Position numbers and translations under genes: made by a program. Under the pieces are notes generated by a model. It was not told the origin of the DNA, ran no database searches, and worked only from the letters and a program-made list of their open reading frames with translations. A DNA stretch of 64,000 nucleotides, taken from the human T2T-CHM13v2.0 reference genome, Homo sapiens. The stretch lies in the NCBI RefSeq assembly GCF_009914755.1, contig NC_060930.1. One strand, written 5' to 3'. Position 1 is the stretch's first letter, and the number at the start of each line of letters is the position of its first letter. This document shows positions 48,050 to 63,768 of this stretch, piece by piece.

Positions 48050-48535
48050 TAACTTTCTATACAAACTTAAAATATGTAACTAGACATTCATTCTTCAGTC
48101 TTTGCTCGCTTCTGTCTCCTATCACTGTGCCTGGTATACACAGGGTTCCCCAGTCACTGCCTCCTGAATAATGAACTAATGAGCCTTTGACACAGGACCA
48201 AAGCCTTTCCTTGGAGTGCAGATCTGCTGAAGGATGGCATCTCCTCTCACATAAGCCCCAGCCACTATCCCCAGGGTCATTCCCTCTAGCACAGGCTGAG
48301 AAGGTAAAAGAAAGTAAAGATGCTTGCAAAGCCATCTGAGTGAAGAATCCTTCATGTTTATACTTCCTTCCCCCAACCCCCAATCCTTTCAGCATTCTCA
48401 CTCACATTTAATTCAATGGCAATTATTTTTAATAGACTAAACTTAACTTGGTGGCTTTCCAAGGGACCCAACCTAGATTTAGAGAAACTATTATCTCTCC
48501 TTTCACATTCACATATAATCAGCTTACATGTAAGT

Positions 48536-49025
48536 TGTGATGGTCAATTTTGTGTGTCAACTTGACTGGGCTCAGGGATGCTCAGATAGCTGGTAGAACA
48601 TTATTTCTTGGTGTACCTATGAGGGTTTCCAAAAGAGATTAGCATTTGAATCCATGGACTGAATAAGGAAGATCCACCCTCGTCAGTGTGGAAGACGATC
48701 ATCCAATCCTTAGAGGGCAAGAACAGAAAGGCGAAAGGAAGGACTCATTCTCTTTCTCCTTGAGCTGAGACATCATCTTCTCCTGCCCTTAGGTATCGGA
48801 GCTCCTGGTTCTCAGGCCTTTGGACTCTGGGACTTACACCCCTAGTTCTCAGGCCTTCAGCCTCAGACTGAATCATACCACCAGCTTTTCTGGATCTCTA
48901 GCTCACAGATGGCAGATGGTGGGACTTCTTGGCCTCCATAATCACATAAGCCAATTCCCATAATAAATCCTCTCACATAAAAATCCTATTGGTTCTGAGT
49001 CGCTAGAGAATCCTGATACTGATAC
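48536..49025 (+). mobile_element. MLT2-family (ERVL) LTR
   Basis: tgtgatggtcaattttgtgtgtcaacttgactggg...agccaattcccataataaatc...cctattggttctg...gagaatcctga. Confidence 0.85.
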
Positions 49026-49529
49026 ATACATACAACTGCAATAAACAAGTTTGGGAATAAACACATATAACACTAGCTAAACGTATGACACAATGGATGA
49101 GGGAGGTATCTGTGGCCGCCAGCTACAAACACTCTGTGCACCAGGGACAAGATATGACTGACAGGCAATGGTAGCACCAACCCTTGAGAGCCAGGCAAGA
49201 GACCTCCTGCTACCTGAGATCCAAATGCATGACTCTGGGGTACAGGGAGTGGGGGGAGGGAGGGGATGGCAACCAGGGAAGCTTTTTAAGGAAAGTGATC
49301 TTTGAGCTGAGTTTTTACAAATGAAGTAAGAGATTTCCAGGTTGACAAAGATAGGAAAGGGCTTTCTATCAGGGAAATGAGCAAAGCACAGGCACAGAGG
49401 CAGGAACTAACCCAGCATGTGTGCAGACCACAAACTTTTCTGCATTGTACAGTGGGAGCAGATGGCAGAAGATGAAGGCTTGGCAGGTCCAGATCATCAT
49501 CAGCTTTGTATTTTAGAACCTCATTCTCA

Positions 49530-49879
49530 TTTTTTCTTTTCTTTTTCTTTTTCTTTTTTTTTTTTTTTTTTTGACACAGGGTCTTGCTCTGTCACCCAGG
49601 CTAGTGTGCAGTGGCATAATCATAGCTCATTGCAGCCCCAGTCTCAGGCTCAAGAGATTCTCCTACCTTTACTTCCTGAGTAGCTGGGACTACAAGCACG
49701 CACCATCACACCCAGCTAATTTGTTTTTTGTTTTGTTTTTAATTTTTAGTAGAGATGGGGTCTCATTATGTTGTCCAGGCTGGTCTCAAACTCCTGAGCT
49801 CAAGCGATCCTCTTCCTCCTCCTGCCAGCTCGGCATTTCAAAGTGCTGAGATGATAAGTGTGAGCCACTGTGCCTGGCC
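49530..49879 (-). mobile_element. AluJ-like, TSD tagaacctcattct
   Basis: Reverse Alu flanked by tagaacctcattct. Confidence 0.9.
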
Positions 49880-50643
49880 TAGAACCTCATTCTGATGAGT
49901 GTAGAGAGCACAGACTGGAGACGGGGCAGGGCAAAAGGAAGGACAGCCAGTCAGGAAGGCGTTGCAGGCTTGGGGTGGTCCAGGGTGGTGGCGGTGGGCA
50001 TGAAGGGCAGCGGGCGGATTCTAGTGACAGACAGGCTGTCGTAATGAGAGGACCTGGTGACACAAGGATGCGGGTAATAAAGGAAATAAAGGCTCTCTGG
50101 TACCTCCACAGGCACCTGTCTTGCATTTCTGTGCTCTTGCAAAGCCCTCCCTTCTGCCTGGAATATCCTTCCTCCTGCCTAGAATGCACAGTGTCTCTCG
50201 AACCTGGCATTTACCTAACATATTGGCCACACAAAAGTTGTTGCAGAAATGAATAGATGCTTCCTGCCTTAAAAACAGAGAAGATATATACAGGCAATAG
50301 GTATTAATGTCATTTCAGCCAGTCAGCGATTTTTGTTTAATATCCCAACCAATACAGATGGAGGGACTGTTTAATAATGAGTCTCCTGGATACCTTAAAG
50401 AAAAAAATAGTAAATACTAGAGTATTTAATGCATTCATTTCTTGACCACCTATTAAGTGTCAAGAACTCTTCTAAGTATAGCAGGGCTCTGGGGTGAAAC
50501 CAAAACAGTGGTTTGTTGATTGAATGCTATGGGGAGTTGCAATCCCCATTTAGAGATTCCTTTTAATACTATACCTGCCTGGCTATTTTGTTATCATTGT
50601 TGTTCCTATGTTTTCCATATTTTACTAGCAATGCATGTTGGGC

Positions 50644-50951
<308 letters not shown>

Positions 50952-51714
50952 TAAAAAACAAAGTCTTTGAATTTCTTCCTGAAGGATTGAGAAAGCACGC
51001 TCCACAATGTGGCGGAGAGGGCACACCACTGGAAGAAAAACAGGTAAAATCCCAGATGCCTGAGGGTAAGAAGAACTTATGCATGAAAAACCAGTCTGAG
51101 ACCAAACCACAGTCACAAAGATTTAAATGCAACAATCCCTGTGTCCCAAAACAACACTCTTTACCTTCCTGAGCCCTTTCAAGGTGGGACAGTTGAGTTG
51201 CACAACTTGCAAAGTTCATGAGCCATGAGCGGTCACTCCCTCATTTCACTGCCTAGTTGCCAACAACTCACTGAAGGAGGTACAGTCCAACCTGACTGGG
51301 GAGCTTGGGTCCCTGACCTCAGGCTGCCTGCAGAGAACACAACTAAACTCCCGGGAAGTAACGTGGATAACAGATCACGCATCACCAGGAACAGCTCTGC
51401 TGTAATGTTCATTCCTCAAGATTCACAAAAAGTTGTTCCTGAACTAACCTCAACAGGGCATAGAATTCTCAGTTTTCCATCCATAGTCTTTACCATGTGA
51501 CCAATCAGAATGGGTGGCCCACCACATTAAGGCCATGGTAATAGACAAAATGTTTAGAAATTATCCTTCTAGTTGCTGAAGGTCAAGGAGGCCTGGGGGC
51601 CGGGGCAAGGGCAGTCAGGAACACTCAAAGGGGTCAGGGTAGTAGGTACTTATCAGCTAGTATCAAAGAATTTCTATATTATTAACTAGCGAGAGATGAA
51701 AACCCTAACACAGG

Positions 51715-51964
51715 GATAGAAAAGCAAATACTGCATGTTCTCACTTCTAAATGATGAGACTACGTGGAAAGAACCACAGACCTGGAGCCTCTCAGAAGGT
51801 GGAGGATTGGAGGAGGGAGAGGATCAGGAAGAATAACCAATGGGTACTAGGCTTAATACCTGGGTGACGAAATAATCTGTACAACAAACTCCCATGACAC
51901 AGGTTTGCCTATGTAACAAACCTGCACATGTACCCCTAAATTTTTTTAAAAAGTTTAAAAAAAG
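51715..51964 (+). mobile_element. L1PA/PB 3'-end fragment
   Basis: tactgcatgttctcactt...gggtactaggcttaatacctgggtgacgaaataatctgtacaacaaac...aacctgcacatgtacccc. Confidence 0.88.
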
Positions 51965-52001
51965 AGAGATGAAAACCAACCCTGAGTTAAGAACCTCAGA
52001 A

Positions 52002-52215
52002 CAGGGGTTGACAAAGTTTTTCTGTAAAGAACCAAATAGTAAATATTCCAGGCTTTGCAGGCCACGTGGCTTTTCACAACTACTCAACTCTGCCACTGTA
52101 GTGCAAAAGCACTCATAGACAATACATAAATGGCTAAGTGCCTGGTTGCGTTCCAATATAACTGTACAAAGACAGGTAGCAGGACAGATATGGCGCACAG
52201 GCTGTACTTTGTGGT
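52002..52215. mobile_element. MER58A hAT-Charlie element
   Basis: caggggttgacaaagtttttctgtaaagaaccaaatagtaaatatt...caactactcaactctgccactgtagtgcaaaagca. Confidence 0.8.
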
Positions 52216-52411
52216 TCCTGTCTTACAGCATAGCAGAGCTAACAGTCCTACCAATCAATCAAGTCTCCAGCCTCAATCCCATTAGCAGTGTCTTACCAAC
52301 TGATTTAACCAAGCACCAACGATTCTTTTGTGCACCCTTGATGTTTACAGACCCCAAGAGACCAAGTCAAAGTCAGCAGTAAAACCCCTCTCTCTAATGT
52401 AAGATACTTAC

Positions 52412-52507
52412 CCAGAAAAATCCGTAGTGAGAATTCCATAGTGGAAGATGTATATTCGGCTGATGTGGCATATTGTAAGATATCCCATTGCTACAAAAAA
52501 GGAATAT
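52412..52507 (-). CDS. MBOAT1: MBOAT1 exon 4 (96 nt): (R)YSFFVAMGYLTICHISRIYIFHYGILTTDFS(G)
   Basis: Acceptor tttttgctttcAG, donor GG|GTAAGT; peptide in ORF 52408..52590. Confidence 0.96.
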
Positions 52508-53269
52508 CTGAAAGCAAAAACATAGATGATCAGATTATTATGCATAGCAATAATGCACTCAATTAATGTTCCCCTCTTCCTCTCTTTCATCCTTCACATG
52601 CAGTTGGTCACAATGTCCTATCTGGTCTGACGACATCCCAGGCCACCTTTCCACCCACTACTCTAGCTGAACCCCTCATCTCTTCTCACCTGGACCACTA
52701 CATTGGCTGTCAGCCTTAGCTGCATAATGGAATGGAGCTTTGCAAACCACGGATCCCTGGGACTTGCTCCCTGCTATTCCTGTTTAATTCCTGCCACACC
52801 TGGTAGGTGTAATGGCAGTGCGCAGCCAGGGCTGGGAATCACTACCTGTAAGGTCTTGCACTCAAGATTCTCCTCTTCACAGCCCTCATGTTTGCATAAT
52901 GATTTTTGTAAAGTACAAATCATCACCATACTGCTGACCACTTCATCTTTAAACACTTTATTCTCTTGGCTTCCATTCTCCTGTTTTCTTCCCACCTCTC
53001 TGGTTAATTCCTCCAAGGCTCCTTGCTCAGCTTTCCTTCCTCCACCTACCCCTCAAGTGTTAGTATGTCCAAGCTCAGCTTGGGACCCTGCCCTTCCATG
53101 CCTCAGGTTTCAATTACCACTTACTCATGAGCATTCCCTGGCTTTCTTCAGAGATGTGTTCCTGACTGCCTTATAGTATACACTAGCAATACACACACAA
53201 GCCACACAAACACACACATCCACATATAAGTACTTGTCAAATGTGTAACTATAAATATAGGTGATAAGC

Positions 53270-53616
53270 TGTGCGATGAATGATTATGTCTCCCTAAAAT
53301 TCCTATGTTTAAATGCTAACCCTCAACATTAGGAGGTGGGACCTTTGGGAGGTGACTAGGTTATGAGAGCAGAGCCTTCATAAATGGGATTAGCCCTCTT
53401 ACAAAAGAGACCCCAGAGAGCACTCACTCTTTGTGCTATGTGAGGATACAAGAAGACGGCAGTCTGTAACCCAGAAGAGAGTCCTCACCAGAACATGCTG
53501 GAACCCTGATTTCAGATCTCCAGCCTCCAGAACTGAGGAATATTAATACATTTCTGTTGTTTATAAGCCACCCACTCTACATACAGTACTTTGTTATAGC
53601 AGTCCCAGCTAAGACA
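53270..53616 (+). mobile_element. MST/MLT1A-type MaLR LTR
   Basis: gggacctttgggaggtgactaggttatgag...ccagcctccagaactg...tttgttatagcagtcc...ctaagaca. Confidence 0.78.
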
Positions 53617-55085
53617 ATCTGATTAACACCCATCTCCCTGACCAAACTGTAAGCTCCATGAGGGCAAAGATGGTCACCTATGCTTTGTTCACCATATTCA
53701 CCTACTGTGTGTCAAATGAATAAACAACTATGTGACAGCTACTCTTCTTAAAAGTCTCCAGTGGATCCCACTATCTAGTGAAATTGCAACCCCTGAACAC
53801 AGCATGCAAGGTGCTTCACACGCTAAGCTCTACCTCGCCTTTCTGGACTCATCTCCAGCCATGCTCCATGTTTACCTTACTCTCAAATGACACTGCACTG
53901 CTCATGTTCCACAATGAAACCCTGTATTTTCAGGCAAGATGTCTTTCTGCATGCTCCTTCTTCTGACTGCAATTCCCATCTCCATCCAATAGTCTATCTG
54001 GAACCTGCCTAATTTTCAGATAAGGCTCAGCTCCAAAGTCACCTCTTCTATGTTACTTGGCTTGGTCTTACTCCATGCATCCTACCACATCTCCTGTTCC
54101 CCATCCCCAGCACAATTCATTGCTCCACTGTCTGTATGTCTCTGGTATTACATGCTAACACACATAATTACAATATTAGAATTATTTGTGTATGTGTCTG
54201 TTTCCCCAACTCATTGTGACCTTGAACGTCCCCACCCTTGACCTGACACATGGGAGGGGTTCAGTTACTGTTAGTTGAAATGAACTGAAATGAATACATT
54301 ACACATTTTAAGTGGTTCCGGAGCCCATCGGATATAGACATAAATTCGGAAGGTATAACTTTTAAATATATGCCATAAAACAGGGAAGAGGTATTTTCTG
54401 ATGTTAAATTATATTGAAATCACATATTCACATTAAAATAACTCATGAAGACTAGATCAGCCTAAGGAACAGTAAAGTAGGGATAATAAAAATTCATTCG
54501 GTAGCAAGGGATAGCCAGATTTTAAATAACATGAAGGAGTTCTGTAAACTCTAAATCACTGTGTAACTTTTATGTGCTCTTTACCATTATTTGCAAACAA
54601 AGAAGTTACTATGCAGAAAAGATTTTTTCTCTATCATGGGTTCATCCTAAACCACTTCCAAACCAAGAAGATGGTCAACAATGCAAATGACTAAGAGAAA
54701 ATAACTCCCTTAGGAGTTGAAGCAGAAGTGGAATGAAGTTAGGCCTTGTCATCTCCAGCAACTGTTCCCTTTCTCCAGCCAGTTCATGAAGCTCAAGGCA
54801 GAAACGCAAAGCAGACTCAAAAGATAGATTCTTCCAGAACCCATTCCAATGCAGCCATGCCTGCTGCTTCCCCTTTGTCCTCAACAGGAGTTAGATCTGT
54901 ACCTTACCCTGGCCCACAGAAGAAAGAAAGCAAGTTCAACTCAATTTAGTAGGACCCCGCCTGCCCAGGATGGCACCAAGTGCTGAGTCCCAATACAACA
55001 GGGCAACGCATTCATGCCCTGGCCAAACCTAAAACATCTAAGGAATCAAGAAGTGGTAGTGAGAACATGTATTCTACAGACTGAC

Positions 55086-55441
55086 TGATACGGTTTGGCT
55101 GTGTCCCCACCGAAATCTCATCTTAAATTGTAGCTCCCAAATTCCCACGTGTTGTGGGAGGGACCCAGTGGGAGGTAATTGAATCATGGGGGCGAGTCTT
55201 TCCTATGCTGTTCTCGTGATAGTGAGTAAGTCCCACAAGATCTGATGGTTTTGTAAAGGGGATTTCCCCTACACAAGTTCTCTCTTGCCTGCTGCCATGT
55301 AAGACATGCCTTTTGCCTTCCACCATGATTGTGAGGCCTCTCCAGCCACGTGGAACTGTGAGTCCACTAAACTTCTTTTTGTATATAAATTACCCAGTCT
55401 CAGGTATGTCTTTATCAGCAGTGTGAAAACAGACAAATACA
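55086..55441 (+). mobile_element. THE1B-like MaLR solo LTR, TSD c(t/a)gac
   Basis: tgatacggtttggctgtgtccccaccgaaatctcatc...tatgtctttatcagcagtgtgaaaacagacaaataca. Confidence 0.92.
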
Positions 55442-55551
55442 CAGACCAGAATGAGCTCAAATCCCAGCACTGGCAGAAGTAATCCATGGTGGGAGAAGTT
55501 GGTGAAGCAGTTATTCTAGGAAGGAGAGGTGTGGTAGAGATTGGCACATGA

Positions 55552-55847
55552 GGCTGGGTGTGGTGGCTCACGCCTGTTATCCCAGCACTTTGGGAGGCCA
55601 AGGCGGGCGGATCACCTGAGGTCAGGGGTTCGAGACCAGCCTGACCAATATGGAGAAACCCTGTCTCTACTAAAAATACAAAATTAGCCAGGGGTGGTGG
55701 TGCATGCCTATAATCCCAGCCTCTTGGGAGGCTTAGGCAGGAGAATCACTTGAATCCAGGAGGCAGAGGTTGCAGTGAGCCAAGATTGCGCCATCGCACT
55801 CCAGACTGGGCAACGAGAGCAAACTCCGTCTCAAAAAAAAAAAAAAA
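55552..55847 (+). mobile_element. AluSp-like
   Basis: cctgaccaatatggagaaacc Sp diagnostics. Confidence 0.92.
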
Positions 55848-56331
55848 GAGACTGACACATCAGACATGGTGGTTACATGGGTGTGTTCACTTTGTGGAAA
55901 TTCATCAAACTGTTTACTTATTTACCTCTCTGAGCTTTTATTGTCTCATTTCAGAAAGAAAAAAAACTATATTCCATAGTGTTGTCCTAGAGTTAATATA
56001 TTTGAAATAATGAAACATTAAATAAAAAATTAAATGATATATTACATAATAGTTTATGTGTTAACAATGAAATAAAGTATATTAAAAAGAGCTTGGCTTA
56101 AGACTTGGCACAAAGGACAGACTCCAGCATTGATAACTGCATCACCAAGTTCTCACGCTAGGCCCTCTGCCCCAGGAGACACAAGCCATGTTCTGCTCCA
56201 GTTGGTTCACGTAGGGTAAACTGATGCCTGTGACTTCTGCCCAACACAGTGGCTTGGGAAGGAAACACAGGGGGTATCCCCAAAACCCTCTAAACAAATG
56301 CTGAATAACAGTCCAGAAATGGGTTAGTTTT

Positions 56332-56620
56332 GGCCAGGCATGATGGCTCATGCTTATAATCCCAGCATTTTGGGAAGCCGAGGCAGGCAAATCACGTAAG
56401 GTCAGTTCAAGACCATCCTGGCCAACATGGTGAAACCCTGTCTCTACTAAAATTATAAAAATTAGCTGAGTGTGGTGGTAGGTGCCTGTAATCTCAGCTA
56501 CTTGGGAGGCTGAGGCAGGAGAATCACTTGAACTGGGGAGGAAGAGGTTGCAGACAAGCCAAGACCACGCTATCGCACTATAGCCTGGGCAACAGAGTGA
56601 GGTTCCATCTCAAAAAACAA
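56332..56620 (+). mobile_element. AluS, TSD gggttagttt
   Basis: Full Alu. Confidence 0.92.
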
Positions 56621-57014
56621 AGGGTTAGTTTCATATGGCAGCAAATAGTAATCTTTCCCTCCTCTTCTCAGCCATGTAGCAGAACTCTTATCACTGATTC
56701 AGTGAAGTAAAGAGGAGAGCAATTCATACAGAATCATGACATCATGGTAATGAAGGGAACTTGCGTTCAAACTGCTGCAAAACCAGCATTTTGCAGGAGG
56801 GAAATGTGACATATGGAGAAGTTGCATGACCAGTCCAAATTCACACTACTAGGAGGATCTTGATTTCCTGACTCCAGCCTAGAGCTCTTTCCATAAACAG
56901 GAAACAACGTTGAGATTTTAAAAAAATTTACATTGAGTTCATCCAAGGGGAACTGTGAAACAATTTCCACTTCGGCAATATTGGCAGCCACAAGAGCAAA
57001 CCAAGAGGGGCATC

Positions 57015-57407
<393 letters not shown>

Positions 57408-58740
57408 TCATACCCTGTCTGTAAACCACATGGCTCTGCCAAGGCCAGAGTATTCCATTCCTAGACACTGGAATTGAACACAGTGAACCTAGGCCTGATA
57501 TGAAACAAGTGTGCGTGTCAAGTTCCTGACCCTCTGAAAAATGGACCACATCCCATCAGCATCACACAAATGTGGGAAGAGCTGACAAGCTGCAATTTGT
57601 AAGGAAGTTGGGAATGTGCTATACAGTTGCACCAACATTATTATTAATAATTTACTATGTAATTGCTTCCAAAACCAAGTTTTGGAAAAGCCAAGCCTTT
57701 TCATCCTCTAGTTAAAAAATAAAAGCTTTTATAATCATTTTGTCATCATATGAAACATTTCCAAAACCCATTCTTTCCAAATTAGAAAAATGGATTTCCT
57801 ATTTCCTTTCTAGAAGAAGTGACACTATCCCCTTCAAGCAGGGCACTGAGAAGAGAGATGATTAGAATTCGAATTTTCAGAGCTCCTTTGGATTCTATGT
57901 TGAATGACTATAAAATGTAAAAGCAGAAAAAAATATTTTCCCTGGGAAACCAAAAATTTGTTATAAGTAACTAAAAGATCATACAGTGAAAAGTTAAATT
58001 TCAATGTTTTTAAGGAGGAAAACTACTGTGCTAATAGTGATTAATCAAATGGCTTTCTGAAGCTGAAATAAGGCACCTGCTTTTCAGAGAGGCCGTCAGA
58101 AGCCATAAAAGGACAAATATCTTTTAAAAGTAATTCAGTCATTCATTCCATAAATATTTATTGAGCTCTTACTTGTGCCAGGTATTGTTCCCGGCTTGGA
58201 GGATACAACAGTGAAAGAGAGAGAGAGAAATCTTTGTTTTCATAGAACTTACATTGCAGCATTCCCAAAAGGCAGAGCTAATCCTGAGTTTTCAGAAAGA
58301 CCATGTGAAACAGAGACCATGCAAAACAGATACCCAGGTATCTCAGTTGATTATCCAAGCATGCTGCCTCCAAGGTAGACTTAAACTACCTCTGTACTTT
58401 GAAATCAAAACATCATCGTAAAAATATTTCTTTTTTAACAGTTTTAGTGTACACGTAGAAAGTATACAATTTAACATATATATATATTTGATATATATAG
58501 ATACCCAGAAAACGATCACCAGATTCAAGAGGGTGGAGACATCCATCACCCCCTAGAACTTTCCTCATCCCTCTTTGTGATTCCTTCCACAGCTCCCTGC
58601 ACCATCCCAGTTAACTTGTGAGCTTTTGTCACTATAGATTAGTTTGCATTTTCTAGAATAGAATTTGTGTGGCTTCCTTCATTCAGCATATTTGTTTTGA
58701 GATTTATCCACGACATTGAGTATACCGATCTTTCATTATT

Positions 58741-59145
<405 letters not shown>

Positions 59146-59378
59146 TAGTCATGACATATTCTCTTTCACCTGAGGCCCAATTTGCATTGATCTTTTTCAT
59201 AAAGCCTTCTCTGAAGACTCCAGCCTTTAGGGTTCCCCATCCCTCCTGATATTCTAGATAAACTAAGATATACCACTTGTGGAAAATGGGTAAGGTCCAT
59301 CTTTACACTGGAAATATATTTCAAAGATCACAAAAAAAAGAAAATCTCACCTTGCATTGTTCATTCCCAGTATCTTAC

Positions 59379-59456
59379 CTGTGAATATTGGATACACTAG
59401 CAGTGACCATGATTGCATAGCACATTAACACCAGCACAAAAAGATGCACAGAGTAC
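59379..59456 (-). CDS. MBOAT1: MBOAT1 exon 3 (78 nt): (W)YSVHLFVLVLMCYAIMVTASVSNIH(R)
   Basis: Acceptor tttaaAG|G TAC, donor CAG|GTAAGA; phase 2-2 continues exon 2. Confidence 0.95.
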
Positions 59457-60231
59457 CTTTAAGACATAATAGTAGGGGGAGGAGTAATGAATATATTTCA
59501 TATTAACACAGCTATTGGTCACCAAAACTGTGAATCCATCACTACCCCTGCCAAAAACACAAATGATCAATGATCAGTAACTCATGTTTATGTGAGAGAA
59601 AATAAGCCAAATATTTTTCTTCTATGTAATTAAGATGCTGTATCATAACGACACAGTTTGCCAACTGCAGGGCTAATAATGTCAGGAATCCATAAATGGA
59701 ACGCTTACACTTTTTTCCCATATGCAATTGAGAGTCCAGAGAGATGAGTTCTTTCTTTAAGACTTTATTTTTTAAACTGGGCTTCCCAAGATACCGAGAC
59801 TTCTACCTGGTGGCTGATTTAAAATACTCATCCTTTCTCAGATACTTGTTGAAGGAATAGGGGCAGAATTCTAGTATAGTACCCTGAACAAATTCACAAA
59901 ATTCCTGAAGGTGTACTTCTCAATATGTTGGTTTCCAAAGCTTCTTCCCTAACACCTTTCAGGGTATTTGCCCAGCTTACTCGTAGAGGAAAGTACAATT
60001 GACCAGCTTTCTCTGTTAAAGAATGATTCACATTTCCCAAGATCTGCACTAAACGCACTGTTCTACTCTGGTGAAATCCAGGACTTATACCCACGTCTCT
60101 AGCAGTAATACAAGAAATACACCAACATCTACGATAGTTAGGAAAGGTTCCTTTTGGGAAAAATTAAACCTTACAGCATCCCATTTACATGATTGGGAGG
60201 GATCTGTAGAAGTCTAATTTTAAGAAAAAAT

Positions 60232-60583
<352 letters not shown>

Positions 60584-60817
60584 AAGAAAGAAAAAGTGAA
60601 CTATACTGACTTCCAATGGATGGTCAATTTATTGGCTCTTACAGTAAATGGAGAGTCCTGCAATGTCCTCATTATCCTACTATAAGGTATTTACAATATA
60701 AAATTTTACAATACATATTTTATAATGCCATCTATTTCTGGCTTTAGTGCAATTCCAAGGACATTGCCACAAAACATCCAAATGACCAATATTAGAATAT
60801 ATGAGGCTCATACTCAC

Positions 60818-60963
60818 CAGCCGAAACAAAAGATGACAAAATAGATGCCAAAAATGGTGGCAACCGCATGCCGGACATCAGAGCTGGTTGTACCAGGACG
60901 TAAGTAGATGCGAAACCAGAAAGCAGCAAACAGAGCAACAAGCTGGCATACCACAAAATTCAC
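60818..60963 (-). CDS. MBOAT1: MBOAT1 exon 2 (146 nt): [48 protein letters not shown](W)
   Basis: Acceptor ttttctcttcccctgccacAG, donor TG|GTGAGTA; peptide visible in ORF 60814..61122. Confidence 0.96.
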
Positions 60964-61001
60964 CTGTGGCAGGGGAAGAGAAAATAAAAACCTTTGTGTG
61001 A

Positions 61002-61322
<321 letters not shown>

Positions 61323-61723
61323 TTGCTCTTGTTTTTTGCAGATTTCCACATCAAGAGGCTTCTCAGACTTGGATTTGTTCTTTCTCCCCAATAGATTGTT
61401 TGGAAGAGGAAATGAATGTAACAGAACAAGAAAACTATACCCTCGTGTGGTATAAGATGTGACAAACCCAACAGTTTTTCTCTAACCTTTAAGACTGGCC
61501 AAGGTTGCTTTCCCACCCACAAGCAGGGGGCTTTTCATGGAAACAGCCTAAGCTAACTGAGCTCTGTTTAGTGGGTCTCTTTTCTCACCCCCAGCAGGAC
61601 CCTAAGACAAAGAAGGTGTTCTTTTAGAGATGCAAAGTTTGACAAAAGAGCTCCCTTATTTGGTACCTGGGAAATCAAATTGTTCTCCAAAGTGATCACC
61701 AGTTGTTTTTTGACTCTGCGAGT

Positions 61724-63151
<1,428 letters not shown>

Positions 63152-63327
63152 CTGGAAAGTCCAAAAGTTATAATAAGTGACAGATCACATGTTCTTTCAT
63201 TCTCACAGCCCAGCCTGCAGCCACAACAGAACTCAGGAAAGTGGCTACAGGGAAATTTCCTGCATTCTTTTTGATTTGGCCAGAATTATTGAGCATGTGC
63301 ACATGAGGAATGATTTGGAGGATGGAT

Positions 63328-63522
63328 CGTGGTTCTCACGAGTGTAGTCCCCCGACCAACAGCATCCACGTCCCCTTGGAAACTTGTTAGAAATGCACAC
63401 TCTTGGGGCCCACGCTAGACCTACTGAATTAGACATTTCCTAGGCAGGATCTGGCAATTTTTGTTCTAACCACCCCCAACACCCAGTTGATTTTGATGCA
63501 CACTCAAGTTTGAGAACCACAG
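63328..63522. mobile_element. MER5A
   Basis: gtggttctca...cttgttagaaatgca...cctactgaat...caagtttgagaaccac with TIR-like ends. Confidence 0.85.
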
Positions 63523-63768
63523 GGATAGAAGAGAAACAAGGTATGTTCCCTCCCTTCAAGGATCTTATCATCTAACTGGGGAAACAACACGATTAACCTA
63601 AAAGTAATTGTGAAATAACAGTAAGACACTGTCTCTACCCTCAAATCAAGAAGAGAAGACTTACATGCTCTGGGCTTCGATTCCTTTATTTCTAAAATGT
63701 GTGCTTTGGGGGAATTGGTGTCTAATATCTCTTCCAGGTCTAATGGTCTCTGATTCTATATCTAACCT

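Noticed and set aside
52606-52618. One-mismatch ERE GGTCAcaaTGTCC about 100 bp upstream of exon 4
   Set aside because: About two one-mismatch EREs are expected by chance in 64 kb; no perfect ERE was seen; needs ESR1 ChIP support.
52703-53176. 157-aa plus-strand ORF
   Set aside because: Non-ATG start; S/P/L-rich composition typical of pyrimidine-rich decayed L2-like intronic sequence; no domain.
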